In this document: one piece after another, positions 1 to 8,350 of the stretch
Layout of the letters: the number at the start of each line of letters is the position of its first letter
Numbering within the stretch: the first letter of the stretch is position 1
Source of the DNA: an uncultured Akkermansia sp.
GTDB taxonomy: Bacteria > Verrucomicrobiota > Verrucomicrobiia > Verrucomicrobiales > Akkermansiaceae
Length of the DNA stretch: 64,000 nt
Direction: 5' to 3'
Assembly (NCBI GenBank): GCA_947629715.1
Contig: CANRET010000003.1
Location: 21,193 to 85,192 of the forward strand
Position numbers and translations under genes: made by a program
The notes under the pieces: generated by a model
The model's database searches: none
The model's input: only the letters and a program-made list of their open reading frames with translations
What the model was told of the DNA's origin: nothing

Positions 1-125
1 CCGGAAAAGATGACAAATTGCCGGATAAAGAATCCTTTTCTGAGGAGTTGGATGGGACAGACGCTCCTGATGCTGAGAGTGAGTCTTCTGACGAGGAAGC
101 AGACGATAACGACGAGGAAAAGTGA
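1..125 (+). CDS. 3' end of a hypothetical protein with an acidic C-terminal tail (partial, runs off window)
   Basis: Open frame from base 3 (GKDDKLPDKESFSEELDG...DNDEEK) ends TGA at 123-125, overlapping the ATG of the next gene (TGATG). Confidence 0.6.
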   Translation, partial: GKDDKLPDKESFSEELDGTDAPDAESESSDEEADDNDEEK

Positions 126-577
126 TGGACTTCCCGACCAGAACATCGCGATTGTGCGTGTTTGCGTACGGCTGCGTACTCATGTGTTTTTTAGTGATGG
201 CGGCTGTTTCCACGCCGCAGGCGTACGCACAGAGTGCGCCGGAAGGGATATCGGCTGTTTTCGAACGTTATATTTGCTTGGGGGAGGATTTGGGTAACGT
301 CTTGGCGAAGGTCAAGGACAAACAAAGCGCCGAGACTGCCGCGCCTGAATTGCAAGCGATGCTCGTGAGAGTGGGTGAATCTCGACGTGAGATAAACGAC
401 ATTTCCTCGCTGACTCCTGAACTTGAAAGCGAGGTAACGAGCAGATATGAGCGCCGGATGCGTGAGACATGGGGGCGTGTATTTGACTGCATATATCGGT
501 TGCAGCGAGTGCGGTGCTATGAGTGCGTTTCTTTTTTTCGTTCATTCAGTTTGTTATGTTCTCTACTCGATTCATGA
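125..577 (+). CDS. Hypothetical secreted alpha-helical protein
   Basis: Signal-peptide-like N-terminus (...PQAYAQ); LAKVKDKQSAETAAPEL motif shared with the next ORF; overlaps both neighbours at stop/start. Confidence 0.75.
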   Translation: MDFPTRTSRLCVFAYGCVLMCFLVMAAVSTPQAYAQSAPEGISAVFERYICLGEDLGNVLAKVKDKQSAETAAPELQAMLVRVGESRREINDISSLTPELESEVTSRYERRMRETWGRVFDCIYRLQRVRCYECVSFFRSFSLLCSLLDS

Positions 578-1026
578 TGCTTCAATTTGTGCTGCTCGGC
601 ATGACGGCGACACGCTGTGCCCTCGCTGCGGAGCAACAAGGTGCGCCTGCCCAGCCTTCGGTGCAGCGCGAGTCTGCCTCAACTTCTCTTCCCCCGGAGG
701 AGACCCACATCAGGGCGGGCATCGTCCTACTCGGAAAACTTTACAATATCTTAGCTCGGGTGAAGGATGCCCGGTCTGCGCAGGAGGCTGTGCCGAGCAT
801 CATGAGCTTATCCAACGAGCTGCATGCATGGGGGCAAAAGGTGCCTTCTCTTCCTCTTCGTAGCCCTGATGTTATGGGAGCCTACGAACGGCAATATTTG
901 CCTATTATTGAAAAGCTGAACGGATACTTACGTGTTCAGGGAGAACGATTGGCAGCTTCCAATTATTATGATACGCAGGATTTGGCAACGGTATTGTTGA
1001 CCCTCTACAGCTCAGTTCAACAATGA
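574..1026 (+). CDS. Hypothetical secreted alpha-helical protein, paralogue of the upstream gene
   Basis: ATGA overlap at 574-577; signal peptide (...RCALA); LARVKDARSAQEAVPSI motif. Confidence 0.8.
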   Translation: MMLQFVLLGMTATRCALAAEQQGAPAQPSVQRESASTSLPPEETHIRAGIVLLGKLYNILARVKDARSAQEAVPSIMSLSNELHAWGQKVPSLPLRSPDVMGAYERQYLPIIEKLNGYLRVQGERLAASNYYDTQDLATVLLTLYSSVQQ

Positions 1027-2720
1027 AAAATGTATTAAACCTTGTCGCGGGAGGCTGCGTCTTGTTTTGCGTTATGGGAGCGAGCGCCGAAAAGGTTGCG
1101 AAAGATGACGGGCTGAAACTCCGAGAGCAAATAAGAGCGATGGCCGATGGGGACGTTATTGTTTTGCCTAAACGGGTGTACCATTTTTATCCGGAGAGCG
1201 CCCCGAAAATGAACTTTTATGTATCTAATCACGATCAGCAGCGTGACATCCCGGTGGGGCTTCCGTTTGTAGAGAAAAAGAATGTGACGCTGGATGGAAA
1301 AGGAAGCACGCTGATTTTTCACGGGAAGATGCAGCCGGTTTTGGTGCAGGACAGCTCCGGTGTGACGCTGAGCAACTTCACCATCCGCTACGCTGCGCCC
1401 TTTTTCGTGGAGGGAAAGATATGTGAGATAGCGGATGGTAAGACGACGCTGGAGATATCTCCGACGATGTTTCGCTGGAAGGTGGAAAACGGGAAGTTCC
1501 GCATTTTGCGCGAGGATGGTGAAGAGGGTGTAGGTATGGCGCTGCCGTTTGAAGCGGATGGACCGATGGTGCCGATGTCCGGCGGCGGCGATTTGGGCTG
1601 GACAGATCAGGCTGAGCAGTTGAGTCATGATCGGGTGCGCTTCGCAAATGATGCCGGGCAGATGGGGCTGAAGGTCGGGCAGATTCTTGTCCTGCGCAAC
1701 GGTTTTCGCCCTCACCCGGCGATGATGCTTTATCGTGCCACAGACACCGTGCTGAACAAGGTTGTGTCTTCCGACAGTCAGGGCATGGGGTTGCTCGCAC
1801 AGCGCAGTACAAATATTACCATCAACGGAGGAGGGTGCATCCGTGCTAAGGGACGCATCTACACCGTGTCGGCGGATGCCACGCACTTCTCCAACTGCCG
1901 GGGAAAGATCCACGTGGAAAAAGCGCTCTACGAAGGGATGATGGACGATGCCATCAATGTGCACTCCACCTGCTTGGGGATTGTGAAAGTGGAGAGTCCG
2001 ACAAGTATCGTGGCGCAGTACATGCACGGGCAGTCTATTGGATTCGAGGTGTTTTTGGATGGGGAGCGTGTACAATTCATACGCGGGAAAACGCTCGAAA
2101 ACGTACCTGAATTGGGGAGTGTCAAGAAGGCGGAGATGCTCGATGAACGGCATGTGAGATTGACTTTTGAGGCGCCCATGCCCGAGGGAATAGGCGAGGG
2201 AGATGCCGTGGAAAACGCGGACTGGTATCCCTCCGTGGAGTTCGTCAACAATACCGTACGCCACAATCGCGCGCGCGGCGCTCTGTTTACCACGCCGAAG
2301 CCGGTGCTGGTGAAGGGCAACAAGTTTGTGCGCTCACACGGCAGTGCCATTCTGTTGGCAGGGGATGCGCAGGGTTGGTACGAGAGCGGTGCGTGCAGCG
2401 ATGTGAAGATTATCGACAATCTCTTCGATCATAATTTGACGGCCTCCTACCAGTTTACGGATGCCGTGATCGCCATTTGTCCGGAGGTGCGCGACCTCGG
2501 GAAGCAGAAGCAGCGATACCACCGCAATATCTTGATCAAGGGCAATACCTTTCGCACGCACCACGTTCCGTTGCTTTCCACACGCTCTGCAGAGAATGTC
2601 ACATTCGACAAGAATAAGGTGCAGTGGGATGACCTTTTTCAACCTCGGGGAAACGGGCGCATTTTTATTATCAATGAGCCCGCTTCCCAAAAAATAATCC
2701 TCCAAAACATTCACCCATAA
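1023..2720 (+). CDS. Alpha-1,3-galactosidase, GH110 family (parallel beta-helix)
   Basis: Signal peptide; YVSNHDQ, ADATHFSNCRGKI, GMMDDAINVH and N-RARG-LFTT motifs typical of GH110. Confidence 0.88.
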   Translation: MKNVLNLVAGGCVLFCVMGASAEKVAKDDGLKLREQIRAMADGDVIVLPKRVYHFYPESAPKMNFYVSNHDQQRDIPVGLPFVEKKNVTLDGKGSTLIFHGKMQPVLVQDSSGVTLSNFTIRYAAPFFVEGKICEIADGKTTLEISPTMFRWKVENGKFRILREDGEEGVGMALPFEADGPMVPMSGGGDLGWTDQAEQLSHDRVRFANDAGQMGLKVGQILVLRNGFRPHPAMMLYRATDTVLNKVVSSDSQGMGLLAQRSTNITINGGGCIRAKGRIYTVSADATHFSNCRGKIHVEKALYEGMMDDAINVHSTCLGIVKVESPTSIVAQYMHGQSIGFEVFLDGERVQFIRGKTLENVPELGSVKKAEMLDERHVRLTFEAPMPEGIGEGDAVENADWYPSVEFVNNTVRHNRARGALFTTPKPVLVKGNKFVRSHGSAILLAGDAQGWYESGACSDVKIIDNLFDHNLTASYQFTDAVIAICPEVRDLGKQKQRYHRNILIKGNTFRTHHVPLLSTRSAENVTFDKNKVQWDDLFQPRGNGRIFIINEPASQKIILQNIHP

Positions 2721-2736
2721 CCCCATTATTTCCTGT

Positions 2737-3981
2737 ATGTCCACAATTCGTCCATTTGCCGCCCTCCGTCCGCCCAAGCAGTATGCCGAGCAGGTCTCAA
2801 GTCTGCCGTACGATGTGATGAGTCACGAGGAAGCCTGTCGTATGGCGGCAGGCAATGTCTCTTCCTTCCTGCATATTTGCCGAGCGGATATAGATACCTC
2901 AGAAGAGGAAATCCATGATGAGATTACCTATGCCAAGAGCCGCGATAATTTGCAAGATTTCATACGCCGCGGCTTCCTGGTGCGCGATGCGGCGCCCTGC
3001 TATTACATCTACCGCCAGATCATGTGGGGACGCGTGCAGACGGGTATTGTGGGCTGCGCCAGTGTCGATGAATACCTGAACGGAACGATCAAAAAGCATG
3101 AGCTCACCCGCAAGGAGAAGGAGCTGGATCGTATCAACCATTTTGATGCTTGCAGCGCGCAGACAGAACCGGTATTTCTCGCATACCGCAAGCACGAAGG
3201 TATTTCCTCCGCCGTGCGCGAGTGGATCAAGTTCCACAAACCCGAATATGACTTTACGAGCGAGGATGGTGTGACCCACATTTTGTGGCCGGTGGATGAT
3301 CCTGCAGTGATTGATACGATCCGACGCGGGTTTGAGGAAGTTCCGGCTCTCTACATAGCGGACGGGCACCACCGCACGGCTTCTTCAGCGGCTGTTTCGG
3401 CGCGCCGTCGTGAGCAACATCCGGACTACACCGGGAACGAAGAGTTCAATTATCTGATGGCTGTGACCTTCTGTGATGAGGATTTGTTTATCATGGACTA
3501 CAATCGCGTGGTGGCGGATCTGAACGGTCACAGCTGTGAGGAATTCACCCGACTGATCGGTGAGAAGTTCGATGTAGTTCCCGCCGACAAAATGGGGCCG
3601 GTGTCTCCGCGTGCCAAGCACAGCTTTGGCATGTGCTTGTGCGGCAAGTGGTACACGATTACGGCCAAATCCGGGACTTTCGATGAGCAGCACCCCATCC
3701 ACAGCCTCGATTGTTCGATTCTGCAGGAGAATTTGCTGGCCCCCATCCTCGGTATTGATGACCCGCGCACCAGTCCGCGTATCGACTTTGTGGGGGGCAT
3801 TCGCGGGCTGCACGAGCTTGAAGCGCGCGCGGGCAAGGAAGGCGTGGCTTTTGCTCTGTACCCGGTCAGCATGGCAGACCTCTTCCGCGTGGCCGACAGC
3901 GGCGAAATCATGCCCCCCAAGTCCACATGGTTTGAGCCGAAGTTGCGCAGTGGCCTTTTTGTGCATGAAATAGAGCAATAG
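2737..3981 (+). CDS. DUF1015 family protein
   Basis: IRPFAALRP, LPYDV, IKKHELT, YIADGHHR and MPPKSTWFEPKLRSGLFVH motifs; usual serA neighbour. Confidence 0.9.
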   Translation: MSTIRPFAALRPPKQYAEQVSSLPYDVMSHEEACRMAAGNVSSFLHICRADIDTSEEEIHDEITYAKSRDNLQDFIRRGFLVRDAAPCYYIYRQIMWGRVQTGIVGCASVDEYLNGTIKKHELTRKEKELDRINHFDACSAQTEPVFLAYRKHEGISSAVREWIKFHKPEYDFTSEDGVTHILWPVDDPAVIDTIRRGFEEVPALYIADGHHRTASSAAVSARRREQHPDYTGNEEFNYLMAVTFCDEDLFIMDYNRVVADLNGHSCEEFTRLIGEKFDVVPADKMGPVSPRAKHSFGMCLCGKWYTITAKSGTFDEQHPIHSLDCSILQENLLAPILGIDDPRTSPRIDFVGGIRGLHELEARAGKEGVAFALYPVSMADLFRVADSGEIMPPKSTWFEPKLRSGLFVHEIEQ

Positions 3982-4020
3982 CGGTCATTTATTTTCCTGT
4001 TCAAAGCGCTGGTTTTGCCG

Positions 4021-4026
4021 TAGAAT
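4021..4026 (+). promoter_or_regulatory. Putative -10 element of a leaderless promoter for the methyltransferase
   Basis: TAGAAT followed 6 nt later by ATG at 4033; -35 is only weak (TTCAAA/GTTCAA). Confidence 0.45.
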
Positions 4027-4032
4027 GTGGAT

Positions 4033-5184
4033 ATGTGCAAGGGGCAGCCAAATGAAGGGGAAGCGACCTCTTTCTCCGCACCGCCGGAGGTGGAGGAGCC
4101 TGCCTACCTGTCCCGGCAAATCATCACATGCCTGGGCAACAAGCGCGCGTTGCTTGCTCCCATTTTGAAGACTGTCGAATATGTCAAGGAGCAATTGGGG
4201 AGGGATAAAATCAGCTGCTTGGATCTTTTTTCCGGCTCCGGCATTGTGTCGCGCGCGTTCAAGGCTTACGCAACGGACCTGTTCAGCAACGATTTGGAGT
4301 CTTATGCGCGTGTCATCAACGAATGCTATTTAGCGAATCCGTCGGATGTGGAGAGCAGTCGCATGCACGCTTTGCACAAGGAGCTGGAGAAACGTGTGGA
4401 AGAGGAGTTGAGTCCCGGTTTTATCACGCGTCTGTACGCTCCTCAGCATGATGACGAGATACAGCCCGGGGAACGCGTCTTTTACACGCGCCGCAACGCC
4501 ATGTATCTGGATACGGCGCGGAGGCTTATTGATGAGATTGTGCCGAGGCGCATGAAGCCTTTTTTTGTTGCTCCGTTACTCTATGAGGCGTCGGTGCACA
4601 CCAACACGTCCGGCGTGTTCAAGGGCTTCTACAAAAATAAGCGAGGGATAGGTCAATTTGGCGGAACGGGACGCAATGCGCTGGGGAGAATCATGGCAGA
4701 TATCAAGCTTCATCTGCCGGTGTTTTCGCGCTTTGAAACTCGGAATCACATCTACCGCCAAGATGCCCGGGAACTGCATACTCACCTGCCGATGCTTGAC
4801 TTTGCTTATTTGGATCCGCCGTACAATCAGCATCCCTACGGATCCAATTACTTTATGTTGAATTTGCTCACGGATTACTATGAGCCCCGGGAGATTTCGG
4901 CGGTGTCGGGCATCCCATACGATTGGAATCGCTCGGTGTTCAACAAGGCGCCCCTTGCGCGCGCGGCGATTCTTGAGACCATCGCCAATTGCCCTGCCAG
5001 GTTCATCTTGCTTTCCTACAATTCGGAGGGATTTGTGTCGCGGGAGGAACTGTGCGATTTCATGCAGGACCTGGGGGAGTTGTCTGTCATGGAAACATCC
5101 TACACCACCTTTCGCGCGTCGCGCAACCTGAGCAACCGCCCTCTGCATGTACGCGAGCGTTTCTTTTTACTGAAACGTCAATAA
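4033..5184 (+). CDS. N6-adenine DNA methyltransferase (D12 class; M.NlaIII/M.HpyI-like architecture), orphan
   Basis: LGNKRALL, DLFSGSGIVS (motif I), YLDPPYN (motif IV), LSYNSEG; no endonuclease ORF adjacent. Confidence 0.9.
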   Translation: MCKGQPNEGEATSFSAPPEVEEPAYLSRQIITCLGNKRALLAPILKTVEYVKEQLGRDKISCLDLFSGSGIVSRAFKAYATDLFSNDLESYARVINECYLANPSDVESSRMHALHKELEKRVEEELSPGFITRLYAPQHDDEIQPGERVFYTRRNAMYLDTARRLIDEIVPRRMKPFFVAPLLYEASVHTNTSGVFKGFYKNKRGIGQFGGTGRNALGRIMADIKLHLPVFSRFETRNHIYRQDARELHTHLPMLDFAYLDPPYNQHPYGSNYFMLNLLTDYYEPREISAVSGIPYDWNRSVFNKAPLARAAILETIANCPARFILLSYNSEGFVSREELCDFMQDLGELSVMETSYTTFRASRNLSNRPLHVRERFFLLKRQ

Positions 5185-5203
5185 AATCACACCAAGATCA
5201 CTT

Positions 5204-6772
5204 ATGAAAATACTCATACCAACCAAATTGGATAAAGCGGCCGCAGCTGCACTGAGCACTGCGGGTTATGAAGTCCTGCAGGATGATGCAACCCCGTTGG
5301 CCGAGCTCGTGAAGACTCATGCCGATGCCGTGGGACTCATCGTGCGCTCGGAGAAGGTGCCGCCGGAGATCATTGATGCCATGCCGGGACTCAAATGCAT
5401 CATACGCGCCGGGGCCGGGTACGACAACATCGATTACGTGTATGCCCGTACCAAGGGCATCGATGTGATGAACACTCCCGGGGCGAATGCTAATGCCGTG
5501 GCGGAGGAAGTGGTGGCGATGATTCTCGCGGCGTATCGCTACGTGGTGTCGGCCGATGTGACAACGCGCGCCGGTGAGTGGAATAAGAAGCAATACATGG
5601 GGCGTGAACTCACACGCAAAACGGTGGGTATTCTCGGCTTGGGCAATATCGGCCGTATGCTTGTGAAACGCCTGCAGGGCTTCGAATGCACGGTGCTCGG
5701 CTATGACCATTTCCTCTCCAAGCAGCGCGCGCTCAATATCGGCGCCACTCCCGCTGAGTTGGATGAAATTTTCTCCACGGCGGATATCATTTCCATCCAT
5801 GTGCCGGGGGGACCGGGAACCAAGAATATGGTGGATGCCCGTTTGCTGGAGCTCATGAAGGAGGGGGCTATGTTGGTCAACTGCGCACGTTACGGCGTGG
5901 TGGACGAGGATGCCCTGCGCGCTGTGAAGAAGAGCGGCAAGAAGCTCATCTACTGCACGGATGTGCATCCGAAGGATGTGGCGGCTATGCAGCCGAGCGC
6001 AGATGTGGCGGATGTCATGCTGCCGCACTTGGGGGCTAATACCAAGGAGGCTAATAAGGCCGCTGCCATGCGCGCCGCTTCTGAAATGCAGGCTTACTTT
6101 GCGGAAGGCGATACAAGCTGCGTGGTGAATGCGGAGATGCCGGCGGATCTGAACCCGATGCACCTGCGCATGGCGGCCATGCTGGGAAGCCTCTGCTACC
6201 ACGCGGCGGGTTGCAAGCCGATTCGCAGCATCGAGTGCACGTTCTACAACAACCTGCGCTCGTTCCGCAAGTGGTTCACGCCGTGGATTCTCCAGGGTGC
6301 CGTTCCGGGGGCGGAGCAGGGGCTTATGCCCGCAGCGGCAGAGGCCTCACTGCGCGAGCTCGGTATCGCTTTCAAGGCGCGTGAACCCATGGACGATAAG
6401 TTGTATGACGATTCGCTCACGCTGGATATTTTCACCGAGGAGGATGGCGGGCTGCACAAGGCGAGTGTGCGCGGCATGGTGGTAGATGGCGTGCCGGTCG
6501 TCTCCCGCATCGATGGGTTCTCTCAGCTGTACGCCGCACTGCCGGGAAACACCTTGGTGCTGCGCTACAAGGATCGCCCCGGCGTCATTGCTACCATCGG
6601 GCAAATCCTCTCTGACGGGGGCATCAATATCGACAATATCGTGGCGCCGCTTGACAAGACCAGCGGAGATGCTCTGGCGGTGATCAAGACGAATAAACCG
6701 GTGGAGGCAAAGCAGGTGTCGTCCATTGCAGAGCGGGTGAAGGCCAAGCTTGCTTTTGCTCTTTCCATGTGA
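5204..6772 (+). CDS. serA: D-3-phosphoglycerate dehydrogenase with C-terminal ACT domain
   Basis: RAGAGYDNID, NTPGANANAVAE, GILGLGNIG, LVNCARYGVVDE, PHLGANT; ACT motif YKDRPGVIATIG. Confidence 0.95.
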   Translation: MKILIPTKLDKAAAAALSTAGYEVLQDDATPLAELVKTHADAVGLIVRSEKVPPEIIDAMPGLKCIIRAGAGYDNIDYVYARTKGIDVMNTPGANANAVAEEVVAMILAAYRYVVSADVTTRAGEWNKKQYMGRELTRKTVGILGLGNIGRMLVKRLQGFECTVLGYDHFLSKQRALNIGATPAELDEIFSTADIISIHVPGGPGTKNMVDARLLELMKEGAMLVNCARYGVVDEDALRAVKKSGKKLIYCTDVHPKDVAAMQPSADVADVMLPHLGANTKEANKAAAMRAASEMQAYFAEGDTSCVVNAEMPADLNPMHLRMAAMLGSLCYHAAGCKPIRSIECTFYNNLRSFRKWFTPWILQGAVPGAEQGLMPAAAEASLRELGIAFKAREPMDDKLYDDSLTLDIFTEEDGGLHKASVRGMVVDGVPVVSRIDGFSQLYAALPGNTLVLRYKDRPGVIATIGQILSDGGINIDNIVAPLDKTSGDALAVIKTNKPVEAKQVSSIAERVKAKLAFALSM

Positions 6773-6775
6773 GAC

Positions 6776-7852
6776 ATGGGCGCGGCATCTTCCGATTATG
6801 TGCTGATACTGGCGGGCGGGAGCGGTACAAGGTTTTGGCCGCTCTCGCGCGCGGGTCGCCCGAAGCAGCTGCTCGACCTCTTTGGGAAGGGTAGCATGCT
6901 GGTGCAGGCTGTGCGGCGTGCGGCCGCTCTCGTGCCGACAGGGCGCATTTTTATCCTCACCAATGCCGAGCAGTTGGCGGAGGTGCAGAGGCAGGTGTCT
7001 GCGCTGATAGATCCTTCGCACGTCGTGGCGGAGCCGCTTCGGCGAGATACCGCGCCGGCTGTGGCGCTCGGGGTGGGGCTGATCGCAGCCCAAGATCCCC
7101 GGGCGCGTATGCTGGTTATGCCGAGTGATGCGCTCATCGGCAATGATGGCGCTTTTGTGGCTTTGGCGCGGGACGCGCTGGCTCTTGCGGGACGAGAGGC
7201 AGCGCTCGTGACTATCGGCATTCGCCCTACGTGGGCGTGCCCGAGCTACGGCTACATTGAGCGTGCGGAGGAATGGCACGATGCTGCCCTGAGCCACACC
7301 TGCTACAGCGTGGCGCGCTTCTGCGAAAAGCCGGATGCTGTTACCGCCGCGCGCTACGTGGAATCCGGCAGGTTTTGCTGGAATGCGGGCATGTTTGTGT
7401 GGAGTGTGCCGACGGTGCTGGCGCAGCTTGAGGCACATTGCCCGCAGCTCGCGGATTTCGCCGTCGCGCTGGCGAAAAGCTCGACCCCGCACGACTTCAT
7501 TGCGCACCATTTCCCGGGGCTCACGCCTATTTCGATCGATTATGCTCTCATGGAGAAAGCCGACCGCGTCCTCAATTTCGAGGCGACTTTCGAATGGGAT
7601 GACATCGGCTCGTGGATATCCCTTGGCAAGCGCTTGCCTGCGGATGCTCAGGGAAATGCAACCAACACGTCGCTTGCGGTTCAGGCTGCGGCGGGCAATA
7701 TCGTGTACGCGGCTCCGGGCAAGCAAGTGGCGCTGCTGGGGGTGAGCGATCTCATCGTCGTCGATACGCCGGATGCTTTGCTCGTGGCTCGTAAGGAGGA
7801 TGCCGACCGCATCAAGCAAATCGTCGCTCAGCTCCCACCGCAACTTACGTAA
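6776..7852 (+). CDS. manC: Mannose-1-phosphate guanylyltransferase (GMP domain only)
   Basis: LAGGSGTRFWPLSR, PKQLL, EPLRRDTAPA, FCEKPD, WNAGMF, SIDYALMEK, WDDIGSW. Confidence 0.92.
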   Translation: MGAASSDYVLILAGGSGTRFWPLSRAGRPKQLLDLFGKGSMLVQAVRRAAALVPTGRIFILTNAEQLAEVQRQVSALIDPSHVVAEPLRRDTAPAVALGVGLIAAQDPRARMLVMPSDALIGNDGAFVALARDALALAGREAALVTIGIRPTWACPSYGYIERAEEWHDAALSHTCYSVARFCEKPDAVTAARYVESGRFCWNAGMFVWSVPTVLAQLEAHCPQLADFAVALAKSSTPHDFIAHHFPGLTPISIDYALMEKADRVLNFEATFEWDDIGSWISLGKRLPADAQGNATNTSLAVQAAAGNIVYAAPGKQVALLGVSDLIVVDTPDALLVARKEDADRIKQIVAQLPPQLT

Positions 7853-7855
7853 ACT

Positions 7856-8320
7856 ATGGAAACGCATCCGGCGCTCGGCATTGATTACGGCACGGCCCGC
7901 ATCGGCATTGCCGCCACGGATGACTGCGGCATTCTCGCCCACCCGGTGGAGAGCATTGATGTGACTCGTACCGATCCCATCGCGCGTATCGTGCAGCTCG
8001 CGACACAGCTGCGCATTCGTACGCTTGTGCTGGGTCTTCCGTTGCTCCTGGACGGCACGGAGGGGAGCGCGTGCATCAAGGTGCGCACATTCGGGACGGC
8101 GTTGCAGACCGCCCTGCCGGAATTGCCACTGGTGTATGTGGATGAGTTTTTGACCACGGCAGATGCGCAGGAAAAACTGCACGCTGCAGGTCGCCATGCC
8201 CGGAAGTTCAAGGCCGTCATTGACCAGGTGGCCGCTGTGGAAATCCTCAATCGCTGGATGGGCGATGTAACGATTATTCCGGGTTTTGTGACAGATTTTA
8301 ATGAAAGAATTCGTACTTGA
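7856..8320 (+). CDS. yqgF: YqgF/RuvX RNase H-fold nuclease
   Basis: LGIDYGTARIGIA, LVLGLP, VDEFLTT, IDQVAAVEIL. Confidence 0.9.
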   Translation: METHPALGIDYGTARIGIAATDDCGILAHPVESIDVTRTDPIARIVQLATQLRIRTLVLGLPLLLDGTEGSACIKVRTFGTALQTALPELPLVYVDEFLTTADAQEKLHAAGRHARKFKAVIDQVAAVEILNRWMGDVTIIPGFVTDFNERIRT

Positions 8321-8350
8321 AACAATATGACTGGTCTTCGATGCTCTCGC

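Noticed and set aside
3985-5207. Small ORFs around the methyltransferase as a cognate endonuclease or C protein
   Set aside because: They overlap the MTase in other frames and lack PD-(D/E)xK, HNH or HTH signatures.
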